DNA of 64,000 bases. Source: Sphyrna mokarran (lineage: Eukaryota). Within the stretch, counting starts at the first letter, position 1, and each line of letters begins with the position of its first letter. Shown piece after piece: positions 63,339 to 64,000 of the stretch. The notes under the pieces were generated by a model. That model was not told where the DNA came from, ran no database searches, and was given only the letters and a program-made list of their open reading frames with translations. The DNA is taken from contig JAGIQG010000015.1 in assembly GCA_024679065.1 (NCBI GenBank), positions 61,814,001-61,878,000 on the forward strand, written 5' to 3'. The position numbers were made by a program, and so were the translations under genes.

Positions 63339-63709
63339 CAGGTCCCCATGTGCCAGAGGCCTTGGACATTCCTTCCTCCACCAAATGTACATTATCAGAT
63401 GTGTCGTGCTCACCAGTGAGTGACCCAGTAGCCTCACCACTAACTGGACCCACCAACATCTCAGTATCTGGTGGAAGCTGATGCCGAAATGGTTCCCCTC
63501 AGAAGCCCTTTCACCCATATCCTCCGAGGATTTGTCCGAGCTGTTCTGAACAGGTTTGGCAGGAGCTGCATCAGAGGCCTGTAGTGTGAGCCACGATGCC
63601 AGAAGATCCTGGGGCTTCCAGTTCTGTCCCTGCAACACAGGACACAAGGTTAAATGCAAGAGAGAGAGAAGAATCAGGATACAAAACACCTGATTTACTT
63701 TTCTCTATT

Positions 63710-64000
63710 GAACATAGAACAAAGCGCAAAGAAAATTACGTCACAGGAACCGGCCCTTCGGTCCTCCAAGCCTGTAGCCACCAGGCTGTCCATCCGGTTT
63801 GTAACCCCTACTCTTCCTGGACCATATGCCTCTATTCGCATCTCTTTTAAGTAGCTATAGACACATCTTAAAAATCATTATCATATCTGCCTCCATGACT
63901 TCTCCCACACGGCTTGCAGATATCCACTACCCTCTCTGTGTAAAGAAACATGCCTCATTTTCTTTAAACCTTGTCCCTGATACTCGAAACTCATGCCCCT
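63710..64000 (-). mobile_element. CR1 LINE 3' end
   Basis: gaacatagaaca tail, ggcccttcgg and ccactaccctct-tgtaaaga motifs. Confidence 0.7.

Larger units (their letters stand above)
59257..64000. mobile_element. Decayed PIF/Harbinger transposon 2 (runs off the window)
   Basis: Left TIR gggcttgattttacc, plus-strand transposase, and a minus-strand second ORF homologous to 56084-56600. Confidence 0.85.

Overview
Eukaryotic, repeat-dense vertebrate genomic DNA. The HE1-type tRNA-derived SINEs, Deu-domain SINEs and CR1/L2 families point to a cartilaginous fish (shark), but this is an inference. One intact host gene is supported: a 3-exon EEF1AKMT3/METTL21B-like lysine methyltransferase (join 10801..10974, 12613..12724, 16731..17143; 232 aa), possibly with an N-terminal extension from an unseen upstream exon. 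Most of the rest is transposable-element debris: CR1, L2, Rex1/Babar, RTE and Tx1 LINEs, SINEs, two decayed PIF/Harbinger transposons and their MITEs, and a decayed C2H2 zinc-finger array. Notable items are a young Neptune-like Penelope element with 382-bp inverted termini, a 14-bp TSD and a minimal hammerhead ribozyme in each arm; tiny fold-back Penelope derivatives with TSDs, one carrying hammerhead cores on both strands; and a poly(A)-tailed element headed by U2 snRNA nt 1-40 with a second internal U2 segment. Repeat boundaries were placed by eye and are approximate unless a TSD, TIR or splice site is quoted. Family names come from recalled motifs, not database searches.
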